Origin: Candidatus Latescibacterota bacterium
Lineage (GTDB): Bacteria > Latescibacterota > UBA2968 > GCA-2709665
DNA: 64,000 nucleotides
NCBI GenBank assembly: GCA_963662665.2
Contig: CAXXJS010000031.1
Location: 64,001-128,000, forward strand
Direction: 5' to 3'
Notes under the pieces: model-generated
What the model saw: the letters and a program-made list of their open reading frames with translations, nothing else
Told to the model about the DNA's origin: nothing
Databases searched by the model: none
Position numbers and translations under genes: made by a program
Shown here: piece after piece, positions 1-10,280 of the stretch
Position numbering within the stretch: the first letter of the stretch is position 1
Layout: each line of letters opens with the position of its first letter

Positions 1-1059
1 GTCGCACAATTCAACGCCATGACGAAACCGCGGCAGGCCGACGTCGTCTGGCGCACCCTCTTCGCGGGCGAAGGCAGCCCGCTATCGGAAGCGCAACTGG
101 GCGTGGTTACCGTTATGTCGGCGCTGGGTCTGAACCCCAGGGCGAATAACCTGGCAGAATTCCGCGCGTTCTTCTCCCGGACAGCCGCTGAAGACTACGT
201 CGACCTTATCTTCAGGAAGTCCGGTGTCGCGCGCGTTTTTATGACCAACGATCCCCTGGACGACCTGGAGGGTCCCGTCTGGAAGGCGGGATTCGAGAGG
301 GATCCCCGTTTTGAAGCGGCCCTCCGGCTGGACAGCGCCCTGGCTGGCTGGCCGGCTCCCGTCGCAAGATTGAAGGCACTGGGTTACCAGGTCGACACCG
401 GTCTTTGCGCGGGAACGATCGCGGAACTGCGACGTTATCTGGATGACTGGATCTCGCGGATGGATGCGCGTTACCTGGCCATCTCCCTCCCTCCCGACTT
501 CGCCTATCCGTCCGATTCCCCCGTCGCGACGCTGCTGCGGGCGGCGGTCTATCCCACCGCGCGGGAGCGCGGCATACCCGCTGCCCTGATGGTTGGCGTC
601 AGGCGTCGGGTAAACCCGCTGTTACAGGACGGGGGCGACGGTATGGGAAAATGGGACGTTACCGCGCTTGAAAACATCGCGCGGGACCGGCCCGACGTGA
701 ACTTCCTCGTGACGCTGCTCTCCCGAGAAAACCAGCACGAACTCTGCGTAGTCGCCAGGAAATTCCCCAATATTACGCCCTTCGGTTGCTGGTGGTTCCT
801 GAACAACCCCAGCATCATCCAAGAAGTTACTGCCGAACGCCTCGAACTGCTCGGGTCCGGCTTCGTGCCCCAACACTCCGACGCCCGGGTCCTGGATCAG
901 CTGCTCTACAAATGGACCCATTCCATCAGAGCAATCGCCCCGGTATTTATCCGGAAGTACGAGGCGCTGCGTATCGCCGGATGGCCGCTGACCGAACAGG
1001 ACATCCGGAACGACGTCGCCCGGATGTTCGGCGGCGGCCCCCTCAATTCGAGCCCTTGA
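1..1059 (+). CDS. Glucuronate/uronate isomerase (Bacillus halodurans BH0493-type amidohydrolase fold), 5' end outside the window
   Basis: Frame is open from base 1. Motifs MTNDP, FGCWWFLNNPSII and PQHSDARVLDQLLYKW are typical of this family. Confidence 0.85.
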   Translation, partial: VAQFNAMTKPRQADVVWRTLFAGEGSPLSEAQLGVVTVMSALGLNPRANNLAEFRAFFSRTAAEDYVDLIFRKSGVARVFMTNDPLDDLEGPVWKAGFERDPRFEAALRLDSALAGWPAPVARLKALGYQVDTGLCAGTIAELRRYLDDWISRMDARYLAISLPPDFAYPSDSPVATLLRAAVYPTARERGIPAALMVGVRRRVNPLLQDGGDGMGKWDVTALENIARDRPDVNFLVTLLSRENQHELCVVARKFPNITPFGCWWFLNNPSIIQEVTAERLELLGSGFVPQHSDARVLDQLLYKWTHSIRAIAPVFIRKYEALRIAGWPLTEQDIRNDVARMFGGGPLNSSP

Positions 1060-1061
1060 AG

Positions 1062-2249
1062 TCAGCGCAGCCACGACCATTGCGGGGGCACCGCGGCCTC
1101 GTCCCCGAATCTTTCCATCAACATCGCTTTTTCGGCAGGCGGAGCCGAGAGCATCCCCACCAGCCGGTCGCACGTCAGTTCCACCTCTTCGTCCGTCATC
1201 TCCATCGCATCCACGGTGAAATATCCCTCGTCCGTATGGTGCGCGCGAAGACGGATGGACGGATCTCCATTCATCATCGCGAGGTTGATCACGGCGGCGC
1301 TCAATCCCGTTTTCTCCGCATCCACGGATACCCGGGCGCGGCTGAACGGGTTCCCGTTGGGATCGGCATCCACGCTGAGACCGATGCCGTCGATGCCGTC
1401 CAGGCGTGACGCCACCCGGTCCATCTTCCGGTTCTGTTCCGCCTCCCAGCCCGCCACGTCCAGACGCATCCGGTACTCCAGCGCCGCCATCGCGCCGACG
1501 ATTCCCTCCTTGCCCACCTTCATCGGCCTCCCGATCCCGCGGTTCTGCAGGTTCACCGCCCGCACCAGATCTTCACGGCCGCAGACCACGCCTGCCGTGG
1601 TGCCGGAAAGATACTTGTGGCCGCTGCAGATCACCAGGTCCGCCCCCGCGCCCAGGATCTCTCTGATTACGAACGATTGCGCCGCCCCGTCGACGATGAC
1701 GGGTAGGCCGTACTCGTGCGCGATTTCTACAACGCGAGTCAGGGGCAGGGCGCCGTACCGGACGGTGTGGTGCGACACCACAAATACCACCGCCGCCGTC
1801 CGGTCTCCAATGGCGTGCCGGAGTTGCTCCTCGGTGGAACGGTGCACCGTCCCGATCTCCACGGCGACGGCGCCGGCCAGCCGGATCATCTGCGTCACCG
1901 GGGCGCCGAAATTCACCGCGTGGCCCTTCTGGATGACGACCTCGTTGGCCATCCCGGCGGTGTCAGGAAGTTGCCAGACCCTGCCGAGGTCGTTGCCGGT
2001 CATCGCCGCAGCCACCCCCAGCGATATGCCCGCAGCCGTACATGCCGTCACGCACCCCCACTGGGCGCCCGTGGCGCGTACGATCACCTCTCCCGCACGC
2101 TCCTGGAGTTCGTCCAGATCGTAGAAGCAGCCCATCGCATGCGTTACCTCTTCAGCCACTTCCGGCAATACGATCGCCCCCGCCAGATGCGTCATTTTTC
2201 CGCACGCGTTGATGACGCGAGTCAGCCTGTACTTCTCGTGCAAGTCCAT
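1062..2249 (-). CDS. SelA-like PLP-dependent enzyme (DgaE / D-glucosaminate-6-phosphate ammonia-lyase-like family)
   Basis: VINACGKMTHLAG, VIVDGAA, CSGHK (PLP lysine) and GIGRPMKVGKE; RBS GAGGAGG upstream. Confidence 0.8.
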   Translation of the reverse strand: MDLHEKYRLTRVINACGKMTHLAGAIVLPEVAEEVTHAMGCFYDLDELQERAGEVIVRATGAQWGCVTACTAAGISLGVAAAMTGNDLGRVWQLPDTAGMANEVVIQKGHAVNFGAPVTQMIRLAGAVAVEIGTVHRSTEEQLRHAIGDRTAAVVFVVSHHTVRYGALPLTRVVEIAHEYGLPVIVDGAAQSFVIREILGAGADLVICSGHKYLSGTTAGVVCGREDLVRAVNLQNRGIGRPMKVGKEGIVGAMAALEYRMRLDVAGWEAEQNRKMDRVASRLDGIDGIGLSVDADPNGNPFSRARVSVDAEKTGLSAAVINLAMMNGDPSIRLRAHHTDEGYFTVDAMEMTDEEVELTCDRLVGMLSAPPAEKAMLMERFGDEAAVPPQWSWLR

Positions 2250-2330
2250 CGATATTCCTCCTCGGAAGGCAGAAGGCGAGCGACGTTCCCCGCCGCCCGC
2301 CTTTTCTGTTCCCGTATGGGCATCAGACGG

Positions 2331-3701
2331 TCAACGCCCCACGGCCTCATCCACCGACTCGCTCAGCACCGCCAACCCGTCGACCACGGCGTCTGCTGTA
2401 ATGGTCAGTGGCGGCGAGACCTTTACCGTCTGCCCCCAGGATCCCACGGGCGCGAAAAACAGCAACCCCTTGTGAAAGCAGCGTTCAACCACGTCGAATG
2501 CCAAATCCGGGTCGGGTTCCTTAAGGCCCGGCTTGACCATTTGCAGCCCCGCCACAAGCCCCTTTCCCGTGCAATTGCCGATCACGAGCGGATGGCGGGA
2601 CTGAATTGCGCGAAGACCGTCCATCATCACCGCCTCCAGCCGGGCCGCATTGCCCGTCAGGTCGTCCTCTACGATCTTCCTCAGACTGGCCAGCGCCGCC
2701 GCTGCACAGATCGGATTGCCCGTATGAGTGCTGGTCATGGAACCGGGAGGGTACTGGTCCATTACGTCCGTCCGCCCGATCACGCCCGACAGGGGCAGGG
2801 AACTGCTCACACCCTTTCCGAATGTAATCAGATCCGGTGTTACGCCGTAGTGCTCGAACCCCCACATGGTTCCGGTTCGTCCGAACCCCGCCTGGACCTC
2901 GTCGAAAATCAGCAGCGCCCCATGCGCCTTGCACCACTCGGCCAGGGCTCGAGCGTATTCCACAGGGAGAAAGTCCGGACCCACGCCCTGGTAGGTCTCC
3001 ACGATTACCCCCGCCACGTCGTCGGCCTTCATCCCCTTTTCGTTCAGGGTCGTGCAGAAGTGGTCGAAATCGGTTTTCTCGGTCCAGTACCCATCCGGAA
3101 AGGCCACCTGAACGATGGCGGGATCCTCGTTTACGATCCAGTCTTTCTGCCCGGGCATCCCACCGGCCTGCTGCGCTCCCAGCGTACGGCCGTGGAAGCC
3201 CCGCTCGAACCCAACGATCCCTACCTTATGGTTCCCGCCCTGCATTATACCCCAGGTTCGCGCCAGTTTGATTGCGTTCTCGGTGGCTTCGGAACCCGTT
3301 GTCAGCAGAAATACCTTTTCCAGTCCGTCCGGCGCCAGTCGAATCAAAAACTCCGACAGTTCCGCCCTCGCGGCGTTTGGGAACACGTAACTGTGCAGGA
3401 GTCCGCTATTGACCTGATCCAGAATTGCCTTCCGCACCTCCGGCATCCCGTGGCCCGCATTGGTCACCAGCACACCGGAACTCCAATCCAGCCACATATT
3501 CCCGTACCTGTCGTGAACCTGGACGTCCTCAGCCCGATCCCACACGACCGGCGGCTGTCCACGCATCGAAGTCGGTTCAAAGGTGCGAAGCGTCTCGAGC
3601 ACGGGTACCGACTCCGGATGCGGCAACTCGGAGACGATTCGCCGAAATTGGGTGTCCACACGGGGAACGGCCCGGGGCGTTATATCGAACTCCCTGCCCA
3701 T
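2331..3701 (-). CDS. Class III aminotransferase (4-aminobutyrate/acetylornithine aminotransferase-like)
   Basis: TTGSEATENAIK, GFHGRT, FDEVQAGFGRTG, TFGKG; RBS AGGAGG. Confidence 0.9.
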   Translation of the reverse strand: MGREFDITPRAVPRVDTQFRRIVSELPHPESVPVLETLRTFEPTSMRGQPPVVWDRAEDVQVHDRYGNMWLDWSSGVLVTNAGHGMPEVRKAILDQVNSGLLHSYVFPNAARAELSEFLIRLAPDGLEKVFLLTTGSEATENAIKLARTWGIMQGGNHKVGIVGFERGFHGRTLGAQQAGGMPGQKDWIVNEDPAIVQVAFPDGYWTEKTDFDHFCTTLNEKGMKADDVAGVIVETYQGVGPDFLPVEYARALAEWCKAHGALLIFDEVQAGFGRTGTMWGFEHYGVTPDLITFGKGVSSSLPLSGVIGRTDVMDQYPPGSMTSTHTGNPICAAAALASLRKIVEDDLTGNAARLEAVMMDGLRAIQSRHPLVIGNCTGKGLVAGLQMVKPGLKEPDPDLAFDVVERCFHKGLLFFAPVGSWGQTVKVSPPLTITADAVVDGLAVLSESVDEAVGR

Positions 3702-3788
3702 CGAATCCTCCTGAAATTGAAAAACGAGCCGCGAGGCGCCCGGCCGAGTGGGACGTAGCGGCGTCTCACGACCCGCTGTTCCCCTCCT

Positions 3789-5072
3789 TTATAAAGCCTT
3801 CCCGTAGATCTGCTGAAAGACCGCGTCCTTTCCCTCGTCGATCCGGTTGGGGTCGATTATGGTAATGCCGTCTTTCCCGAACCGGGCCGTCACGGGCGTC
3901 CCCTTGCCTTCCTGCAGATATTTGAAATTCAGATCCCGCACCCGCCTGGCGGCATCGACAATTGCAACCGTAATCCGCCCATCGGCCGCGGTCGGATAGA
4001 TCCCGTCCACGTCCTCGCGCGTCGCCCCCAGGAACTTGATCCGGCAGGCTGCAACCAGCCCCACCGTGATACTGTCCACACCGTATCCGATATATGCATC
4101 CGAGCCGTCCGGACGCCTGACGTCGCGTGTCATATGGTTGTTCACCGTGCGGCTGCCGCCTCCATTGTACCAGAAACGCAGACCCCGGTACTGCTGGTCA
4201 GACTCCACCTTTCCGTCGGTACCCACAATTTCATGGCCCTGATTCACGGGACCCTCGAAGTCTTCCGGCGTGATCCAGTTATTGTGAAAATAGACGCTCA
4301 TGCCGTTCTCGAATTCAACGCGTACCTGAACCGAGTCGTACGCATTGATGCCGTCGCGAACAAGCCGCTTCTTCTGTCCAACGGCGGACAGCGCGACCGG
4401 CTTGCTCCTGAAATAGTTGTAAATCAGGTCCGTCCAGTGCGGACCGACGTAACTGAACGGATCGCTTTGTTCCGCCCACTTGAACGTGCTCGTGGACACC
4501 TCCAGCGGCTCTTCAAGCACGGCCTGCCCGTAGAGCGGCTCTCCGATTCGCGTAGATAGATCGTGCTGAACGCGCAGATGATCCGGATCGTAACGCTTGT
4601 GCATATCCACGCAAACCACGAGCCCCTTCCTGTCGGCCAGTTCGATGATCTCGTCCGCCTCCTCAATGGACAGGCACATCGGTTTTTCCATCACCACGTG
4701 CGTCCCGTTCCGTAGCGCAGCCAGCGTCACCTCGGTATGAAGATGGTCCGGCGTAACAACCGCCATAACGTCCAGGTCGGGAAAATCGCGCAACACGTCT
4801 TCCCACGGCGTTTCTCCCCAATAGATTCCCGGTTCGCGACCCGTGGATGCCCTGTAGTTCTCCCGCGCCCGTTCCGCCGACGCGTGGGACCGCGTGGCCA
4901 CTGCCACCAGATCGAACTGAATATCGGCCATGTCCCGCGCCCACCGGTCCAGCCCGACCCGTCCGAGATTTCCACTGATTCCCATCCGCTGCAAATCGGC
5001 AAACGCCCTTGCATGAACGTCGCCTCCGAACATCCCCGCGCCGATCAGCGCGATCTTCATGGTGCGCTGCAT
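3789..5072 (-). CDS. Gfo/Idh/MocA family oxidoreductase
   Basis: IALIGAGMFG, VTPDHLH, EKP motif. Start trimmed to ATG 5072 (alternative 5060). Confidence 0.85.
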   Translation of the reverse strand: MQRTMKIALIGAGMFGGDVHARAFADLQRMGISGNLGRVGLDRWARDMADIQFDLVAVATRSHASAERARENYRASTGREPGIYWGETPWEDVLRDFPDLDVMAVVTPDHLHTEVTLAALRNGTHVVMEKPMCLSIEEADEIIELADRKGLVVCVDMHKRYDPDHLRVQHDLSTRIGEPLYGQAVLEEPLEVSTSTFKWAEQSDPFSYVGPHWTDLIYNYFRSKPVALSAVGQKKRLVRDGINAYDSVQVRVEFENGMSVYFHNNWITPEDFEGPVNQGHEIVGTDGKVESDQQYRGLRFWYNGGGSRTVNNHMTRDVRRPDGSDAYIGYGVDSITVGLVAACRIKFLGATREDVDGIYPTAADGRITVAIVDAARRVRDLNFKYLQEGKGTPVTARFGKDGITIIDPNRIDEGKDAVFQQIYGKAL

Positions 5073-5194
5073 TCCGTACCTCGCTTTCACGTTTTCCCGA
5101 TTTGTCCCACGGGACGCGCCGGAACCCTGTCTTCGCCTGGCCGATTCATTCGGTACCGGCGTGCGCGCTTTCGGATCCGAACGCCCTGTGTTCC

Positions 5195-5929
5195 TCATCT
5201 CGTAGAGACGGTACCCCTTACATAGTCGGCATCCTCCGATACCAGAAACGCCAGCACCTTCCCCACACCCTCCGGATTACCCAGACCCTGTCTCATCTCC
5301 TCCAGAGACCGGCCCTCAAGATCCGCCTGTTTCTCCAACACGCCCATCTTCAAAGGCGTATCAAGACTCCCGGGACACACCGCATGCACGCGGATTCCCC
5401 TGGAGGCCAGTTGCGGCGCGAGTACCAGAGAGAGCCCGTGCACCCCGCCCTTGCTCGATCCGTACGCCGCCGACGAACTGCCTCCCCGCACCCCGGCGCC
5501 GGAAGACACGAGCACAATCACCCCGCCGCACGAATGTTCCAGAACCGGCGCCGTGTATTTGCACATCAGAAAACTGCCCTTCAGATTCACGTCGACCACC
5601 CGGTCCCAGGTCTCTTCTGCGAACTGATCGACGGGGACAAGCGCGCCTTCCAGAATTCCCGCGGAGTGAATCAGACCGTCGATCCGTCCGAACGCGCCGA
5701 CCACGGCTTCCACCGTCGCCCTGACGTCGGCCTCCACGCTTACGTCCACCTCGAACCCCCGCGCGGCGCCCCCAGATCCCACGATCTCGCCAACCGTTGC
5801 CGCAACGCCGTCCCCGTCGCAATCCGCGACCCCCACGCGAGCGCCGGCCCGGGCGCAACAGATCGATGCGGCGCGGCCGATGCCCGACGCCCCACCCGTT
5901 ACCAGAATCACCTTCTTTTCCAACGGCAT
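5195..5929 (-). CDS. SDR family NAD(P)-dependent oxidoreductase
   Basis: TGGASGIG, YGSSK catalytic motif; RBS GAGGGG before ATG 5929. Confidence 0.9.
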   Translation of the reverse strand: MPLEKKVILVTGGASGIGRAASICCARAGARVGVADCDGDGVAATVGEIVGSGGAARGFEVDVSVEADVRATVEAVVGAFGRIDGLIHSAGILEGALVPVDQFAEETWDRVVDVNLKGSFLMCKYTAPVLEHSCGGVIVLVSSGAGVRGGSSSAAYGSSKGGVHGLSLVLAPQLASRGIRVHAVCPGSLDTPLKMGVLEKQADLEGRSLEEMRQGLGNPEGVGKVLAFLVSEDADYVRGTVSTR

Positions 5930-5960
5930 CTCACCCCTCGAGCCCGGCATTCCCGGCCAT

Positions 5961-7388
5961 CTATTCCTCTATTGCGAAAAGTACGTTGCGGGTACCGATG
6001 TAAAGCACCCCGTCCTTCGCGATAGGCGTGGTGTATACCGCGCTGCCCATATTGACTTCGTTGATCTTTTCAAGTTTCGCCGATGCCTTGAAAATCATCA
6101 CGTCACCGTCTTCGTCGCCAATGTAAACCTTTCCGTCGGCCACGAACGGCGACCCCCAGATGGCGGCGTAGGCGTCGTAGGTCCAGTGCGGCTTTCCTGT
6201 CTTCAGATCCAGACAATAGATGAATCCGCTCAGGTCCGCCACATACAGCAGACCGTCGTGGATGGCAACCGTAGACATCGTCCTGTTGAAATCCTTGTCT
6301 CCCAGATGCCAGACAGCGTGGGTGCCGGTGACGTCACCCATTCCGGTCGCGTCAATCGCCCAGAGATGCCCCACCCCTTCGCCGTGCTCGGGGTCCTGCC
6401 CAACACCGATGAAGACCTTGTTGTCGTAGATCACGGGCGTGGCGATGATCGCGTTTCGCGTGCCCCGTCCGCCAAGCTCCCATACGGAGTCCTTCGGATT
6501 GCAATCGAACTTCCAGATCAATTCGCCCGTCTTCGGCGACACCGCATAGACCCAGCCGTCCCCTCCGGGAAGAATGACCTGGGGTTCCCCGTTAATAGTT
6601 CCGTACGCCGGATTGGACCACTGCCCGTGCAGGATATTCGTGCCGGGATAGGCCTTCTCCCAGACGAGTTCCCCGGTTTTCAGGTTGAGCGCGAGAAAGC
6701 TGGGCGCAAACGGCGCAGGGATGGCCACGTGGCCCTCATCCACGCCATTGCTGGTGATCACGAACAGCAGACCGTCCGCTCCCACGGGAGAACACGTGGC
6801 CAGATTGTGCGGGAACACATCCAGCTCGTTCATCATATCGTATTCCCAGACAATATCCACGCCAATGGCGGCGGTCACCTCTTCGTCCCTGTAAGGCCCG
6901 TCGTTTTCGGAGTCCAGAAAACCCTCCGTATCGGCGCAGACCACCCGGCCCTGGTTCGAAACATAGTACAGGCGGTCGTCCTGGACAAAGGGCGTGGAGC
7001 AGACCCCCTGCAACGGCCAGTCGTTCACCCTTCCGGCGGGCAGCTTGGGGTGGGCCGACTGCCACAGGAATGCCCCATCCGATTCACGGAACGCCATCAC
7101 CACGCCGCGGTCGCCCTTGATTTCGGGATTCCGTTCGGCATGGTTGTTCGTCCCCATATACACCTTGCCGCCCAGCAGCACGGGCCCGGCGTAAGACTGC
7201 GAGCCGAGGGCCGCCTTCCATCTGATGTTCTCGCCGGTGGCCGTATTCCATTCGGTTGGCAGGTTCGTTTCGTCCGACACAAGGTTCCTTGAGGGCGTAA
7301 ATCCCCACATCGAGGTCTCCTCCGCGCCCGCGCCCGACGCCGACCAGGCCAGAATCACGGCGCACCTCATAATCCATTTTGTATTCAT
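5961..7388 (-). CDS. Secreted PQQ-binding-like beta-propeller protein (BamB-like repeats)
   Basis: Signal peptide ending AGA-EE; repeated D/N-xxTG-xxxW blades; SPFVADGKVYIG. Confidence 0.85.
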   Translation of the reverse strand: MNTKWIMRCAVILAWSASGAGAEETSMWGFTPSRNLVSDETNLPTEWNTATGENIRWKAALGSQSYAGPVLLGGKVYMGTNNHAERNPEIKGDRGVVMAFRESDGAFLWQSAHPKLPAGRVNDWPLQGVCSTPFVQDDRLYYVSNQGRVVCADTEGFLDSENDGPYRDEEVTAAIGVDIVWEYDMMNELDVFPHNLATCSPVGADGLLFVITSNGVDEGHVAIPAPFAPSFLALNLKTGELVWEKAYPGTNILHGQWSNPAYGTINGEPQVILPGGDGWVYAVSPKTGELIWKFDCNPKDSVWELGGRGTRNAIIATPVIYDNKVFIGVGQDPEHGEGVGHLWAIDATGMGDVTGTHAVWHLGDKDFNRTMSTVAIHDGLLYVADLSGFIYCLDLKTGKPHWTYDAYAAIWGSPFVADGKVYIGDEDGDVMIFKASAKLEKINEVNMGSAVYTTPIAKDGVLYIGTRNVLFAIEE

Positions 7389-7496
7389 CTTTGCCTTTCT
7401 CTGATTGCACCCGCGTCTATGTGTTGCGTTCTGTCGACGGTCAACCACGTAACCCGGCCGAATTCGAACAACGCCGCATCCGAATTTCCGGTCCGG

Positions 7497-9678
7497 TCAA
7501 TACACGCGCACATTGTCAAAATAGATGTTCGCCGGTGAATAGCCGTAAAGCCCGGGACTGCCCTCCCGTATGGGAAGCGGATCCGCCGCCTCGATCGTCC
7601 AGGCGTCGGGTTCCGTGTCGCCCCGCTTCCACACTTTACCCCGGACAACCCCCCGGCCGTCCTCGATGTCGACCCTCATCTTCATCGTATACCAGACATC
7701 GGAATCCCATTGGAAGGCGACGCGTTGCACCATCCGCAGATCCGAGGACCAGGACCGGACTTCCAGCCGCTGGTAGGCGCCCTGCAGGTCCAGAATGTAT
7801 CGATGGGCGATCAGGCCCATGTCCGGCAGCCAGCGCCTGCGCCTGCCCCCCATCAGATCGGCCCTGGACCGTGTATCCGTTCATATCAGGCGGCCCGATA
7901 TACAGACTGGACCGGTCCAGGCCGCGCGCCGCGGGCGGCTTCACCAGCACCTTGTTTCCATCCTTTTCTTCAACCCTGAACCCCCTGCCGCCCCATACCC
8001 AGTGGCGAGGATTCTTGCCGGCGGGGACGCCCTCGAAGTCCTCGGTCCATGGAGAATCGGGCACCACCCGCACCCATGCCCGTGCGGTCAGATCACCCGA
8101 GGTGGCAACCACCCACCCCGCCTGTCCGTGCTTTGCAGGCGTAAACCGTCCGTTTTCAAACCGCCCGGAGAGTCCTTCGAGGGACCACGCCACGTCGACC
8201 TCACCGATCAACTGTCCAAGGCCGTCGTACGCCCGGGCGCCCAGCGGCAGCGCCTCGTTCGTCCCCAGTGTCTTCTCGGCCGGGAAGACAAGAAGCGAGG
8301 CAGGATTCGCGTCTGACGGTGCGCGCGGGCGCCCGACGAACGGCGTGGACGCGGGCGTGAACGGCGCGTCCCTGTCGCCCAGGCAGAACAGCCCCGCTTC
8401 GGTCGCAAAGTAGACTCGACCGTATGCGAAGGCAACCGAACCGTAGATTTCCGCGAGCCTGCCATCGGGCATTGTAATCTTCTTCTCGTCCAGTACCTGC
8501 GCACCCGCGTCCCCCACCTTGAGAATCCGGAACCCACCGTTGACTTCCGTGACGTACAATTTGCCGTCGGCCCATGAGGGAGAGCCCTTTCCCACCGTGC
8601 CGATATTATGCTCCCAGTATTTCCGCCCGGACTCCGCGTCCAGACAGTGTACGTTCGCCGAATTGTCGATTACGTACAGGCGTCCCTCGTGAAGAGCCGG
8701 AGAAGCATAACCGGCCGCGATCCCGTCCTGGCGCCATATCTCTTTTCCGGTTCCCGCATCCAGGCATACCACCCCACCCATAGTCGTATTGTCCACGTTC
8801 TCTTCGCTGTGGGTCGCGTACACGCGATTGTTCCCCGCAACCGGGGAGGTGTTGATGCCCCGCTTGCTCAAGGGGAACCCCCAGACCACTTCACCCGTCC
8901 CGGCCCGGAAGGCGAAAATCCCTCCATTTCCGTTGCCGGCGATCAATAACCGCTGACCGTCGACGGTTGCCGCTATCGGCGTGGAATATACGGTCAGGTC
9001 TGCCTGCCCGCCCCCGCCCGGCCGCGCCATCCAAACGGTCTCTCCAGTCCGCTTGTCGAAGGCCATGTACCGGTGGGAGGGCGGGCGGTCCGCCCAGCCC
9101 CGGTTACCCATGCTGATGACAACCAGGTCTCCGTCCACCACGGGCGTATGCAACCTGCCTCCGTAGCCCGAGAACCTGTTGAATTCCTCGGTCAACGACC
9201 TGGTCCACAGGATCCGGCCGTCACGGTCGAAACACAACAGCAGACCGTTTACCAGGTGCGCGTACACGTTTCCGGTTTCCCCGTCGGCGCCCAGGTTCGC
9301 CCAGCCGAGGCGGTTGAAAGTGATGGTGGAATGCCATACATTGAACTTGCGTTGCCATACCAGCCGCCCGTTCTCCGCGTCGAAACAGGCGACGTGTTCC
9401 TGTCTGGTAATTCCTTCTCCGGTTCTTCCGATCACGTATACCCGCCCATTCAGAATCACGGGCGTGGACCGGCCGATAAACTCCGACCGCCAGACCAGGT
9501 TCTCTCCGCCCAGAGTCCAACTGGAGACCAGACCGGTCAGCGGAGAAGCGCCGGTCTGCATCGGTCCGCGCCAGTGTGTCCAGTCCGATCCGGCGGCAGA
9601 CAGTGTCCATACCGTCGTAAAACCTCCTGTCAGGCAGACCGCGAAAAAACGAATTACCAGCCACCTATTCATAAACAT
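7497..9678 (-). pseudogene. Secreted PQQ-like beta-propeller protein with C-terminal extension, interrupted by a +1 frameshift near 7863 (real or a sequencing indel)
   Basis: DWTHWRGP start and propeller blades. Removing one G from CAGGGCC joins ORF 7636-9678 to ORF 7497-7853 as YTVQADLMGGRRRRWLPDMGL. Confidence 0.8.
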
Positions 9679-9818
9679 AAATGCTCCCCGATGTCCTGTC
9701 CTGGAATGGTGTCAACATGCTTCCGAAGATTTTTCCCTTCGTGATCCGTTGTCTGCTCTGCATGAACTGCCCGCACAGAATTCGTTGAAATACCTCGATG
9801 GCGCGGCGCGGAACCCAC

Positions 9819-10280
9819 TTAACGGAAGGCGCCCTCCGCGATATCCGACTCCCCCACAAACTGCTTGAGATGCTCTATTGCCCTCCTCAGATCGCTCCTG
9901 ACCCAGGGGTCTCTTTCCGTACGGACCGCCAGTTCCAGAAAGGCAATGGCCTCCGGCTGCTCGATATGCATTATGGCCATTGCGGCCTGCTGGCGCAACC
10001 GGCGGTTTCTGTCCGTCAGGAAAGGCACCAGATCGGGCAGCGCTTCGCCGGCGCCCAGCATCCCCAGCGCCCAGATCGCCTTCGCGCGCACCTCCGGAAC
10101 CGTATCCCTCAGCGCCTGCCGCAGATAAGGAACCGCCCCGGTGACGCGACGCGCGCCAAGATAGGCCGCCGCATCCTCGCGCTCCCGCGGCGTACCGTAC
10201 TGTAACCGCGTAAAGTGATCGCCGCCGCCGCATCCCGGCAGGCCGAGCGACAATAGAACAATTACCCTCAGGCTGCGCAT
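9819..10280 (-). CDS. HEAT-repeat lipoprotein
   Basis: Lipobox-like LGLPGC; HEAT repeats [17 protein letters not shown] and [16 protein letters not shown]; overlaps the hemL stop by 13 nt. Confidence 0.75.
   Translation of the reverse strand: MRSLRVIVLLSLGLPGCGGGDHFTRLQYGTPREREDAAAYLGARRVTGAVPYLRQALRDTVPEVRAKAIWALGMLGAGEALPDLVPFLTDRNRRLRQQAAMAIMHIEQPEAIAFLELAVRTERDPWVRSDLRRAIEHLKQFVGESDIAEGAFR

Noticed and set aside
1062-2249. selA (selenocysteine synthase)
   Set aside because: Length and motifs fit the SelA-like/DgaE family; no selB, selD, tRNA-Sec or in-frame TGA genes are seen in the window.
1716-3758. Long antisense ORFs (e.g. 680 aa at 1716-3758, 470 aa at 5880-7292, 471 aa at 45667-47082)
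   Set aside because: Shadow ORFs opposite well-supported genes in GC-rich DNA, with no recognisable motifs.
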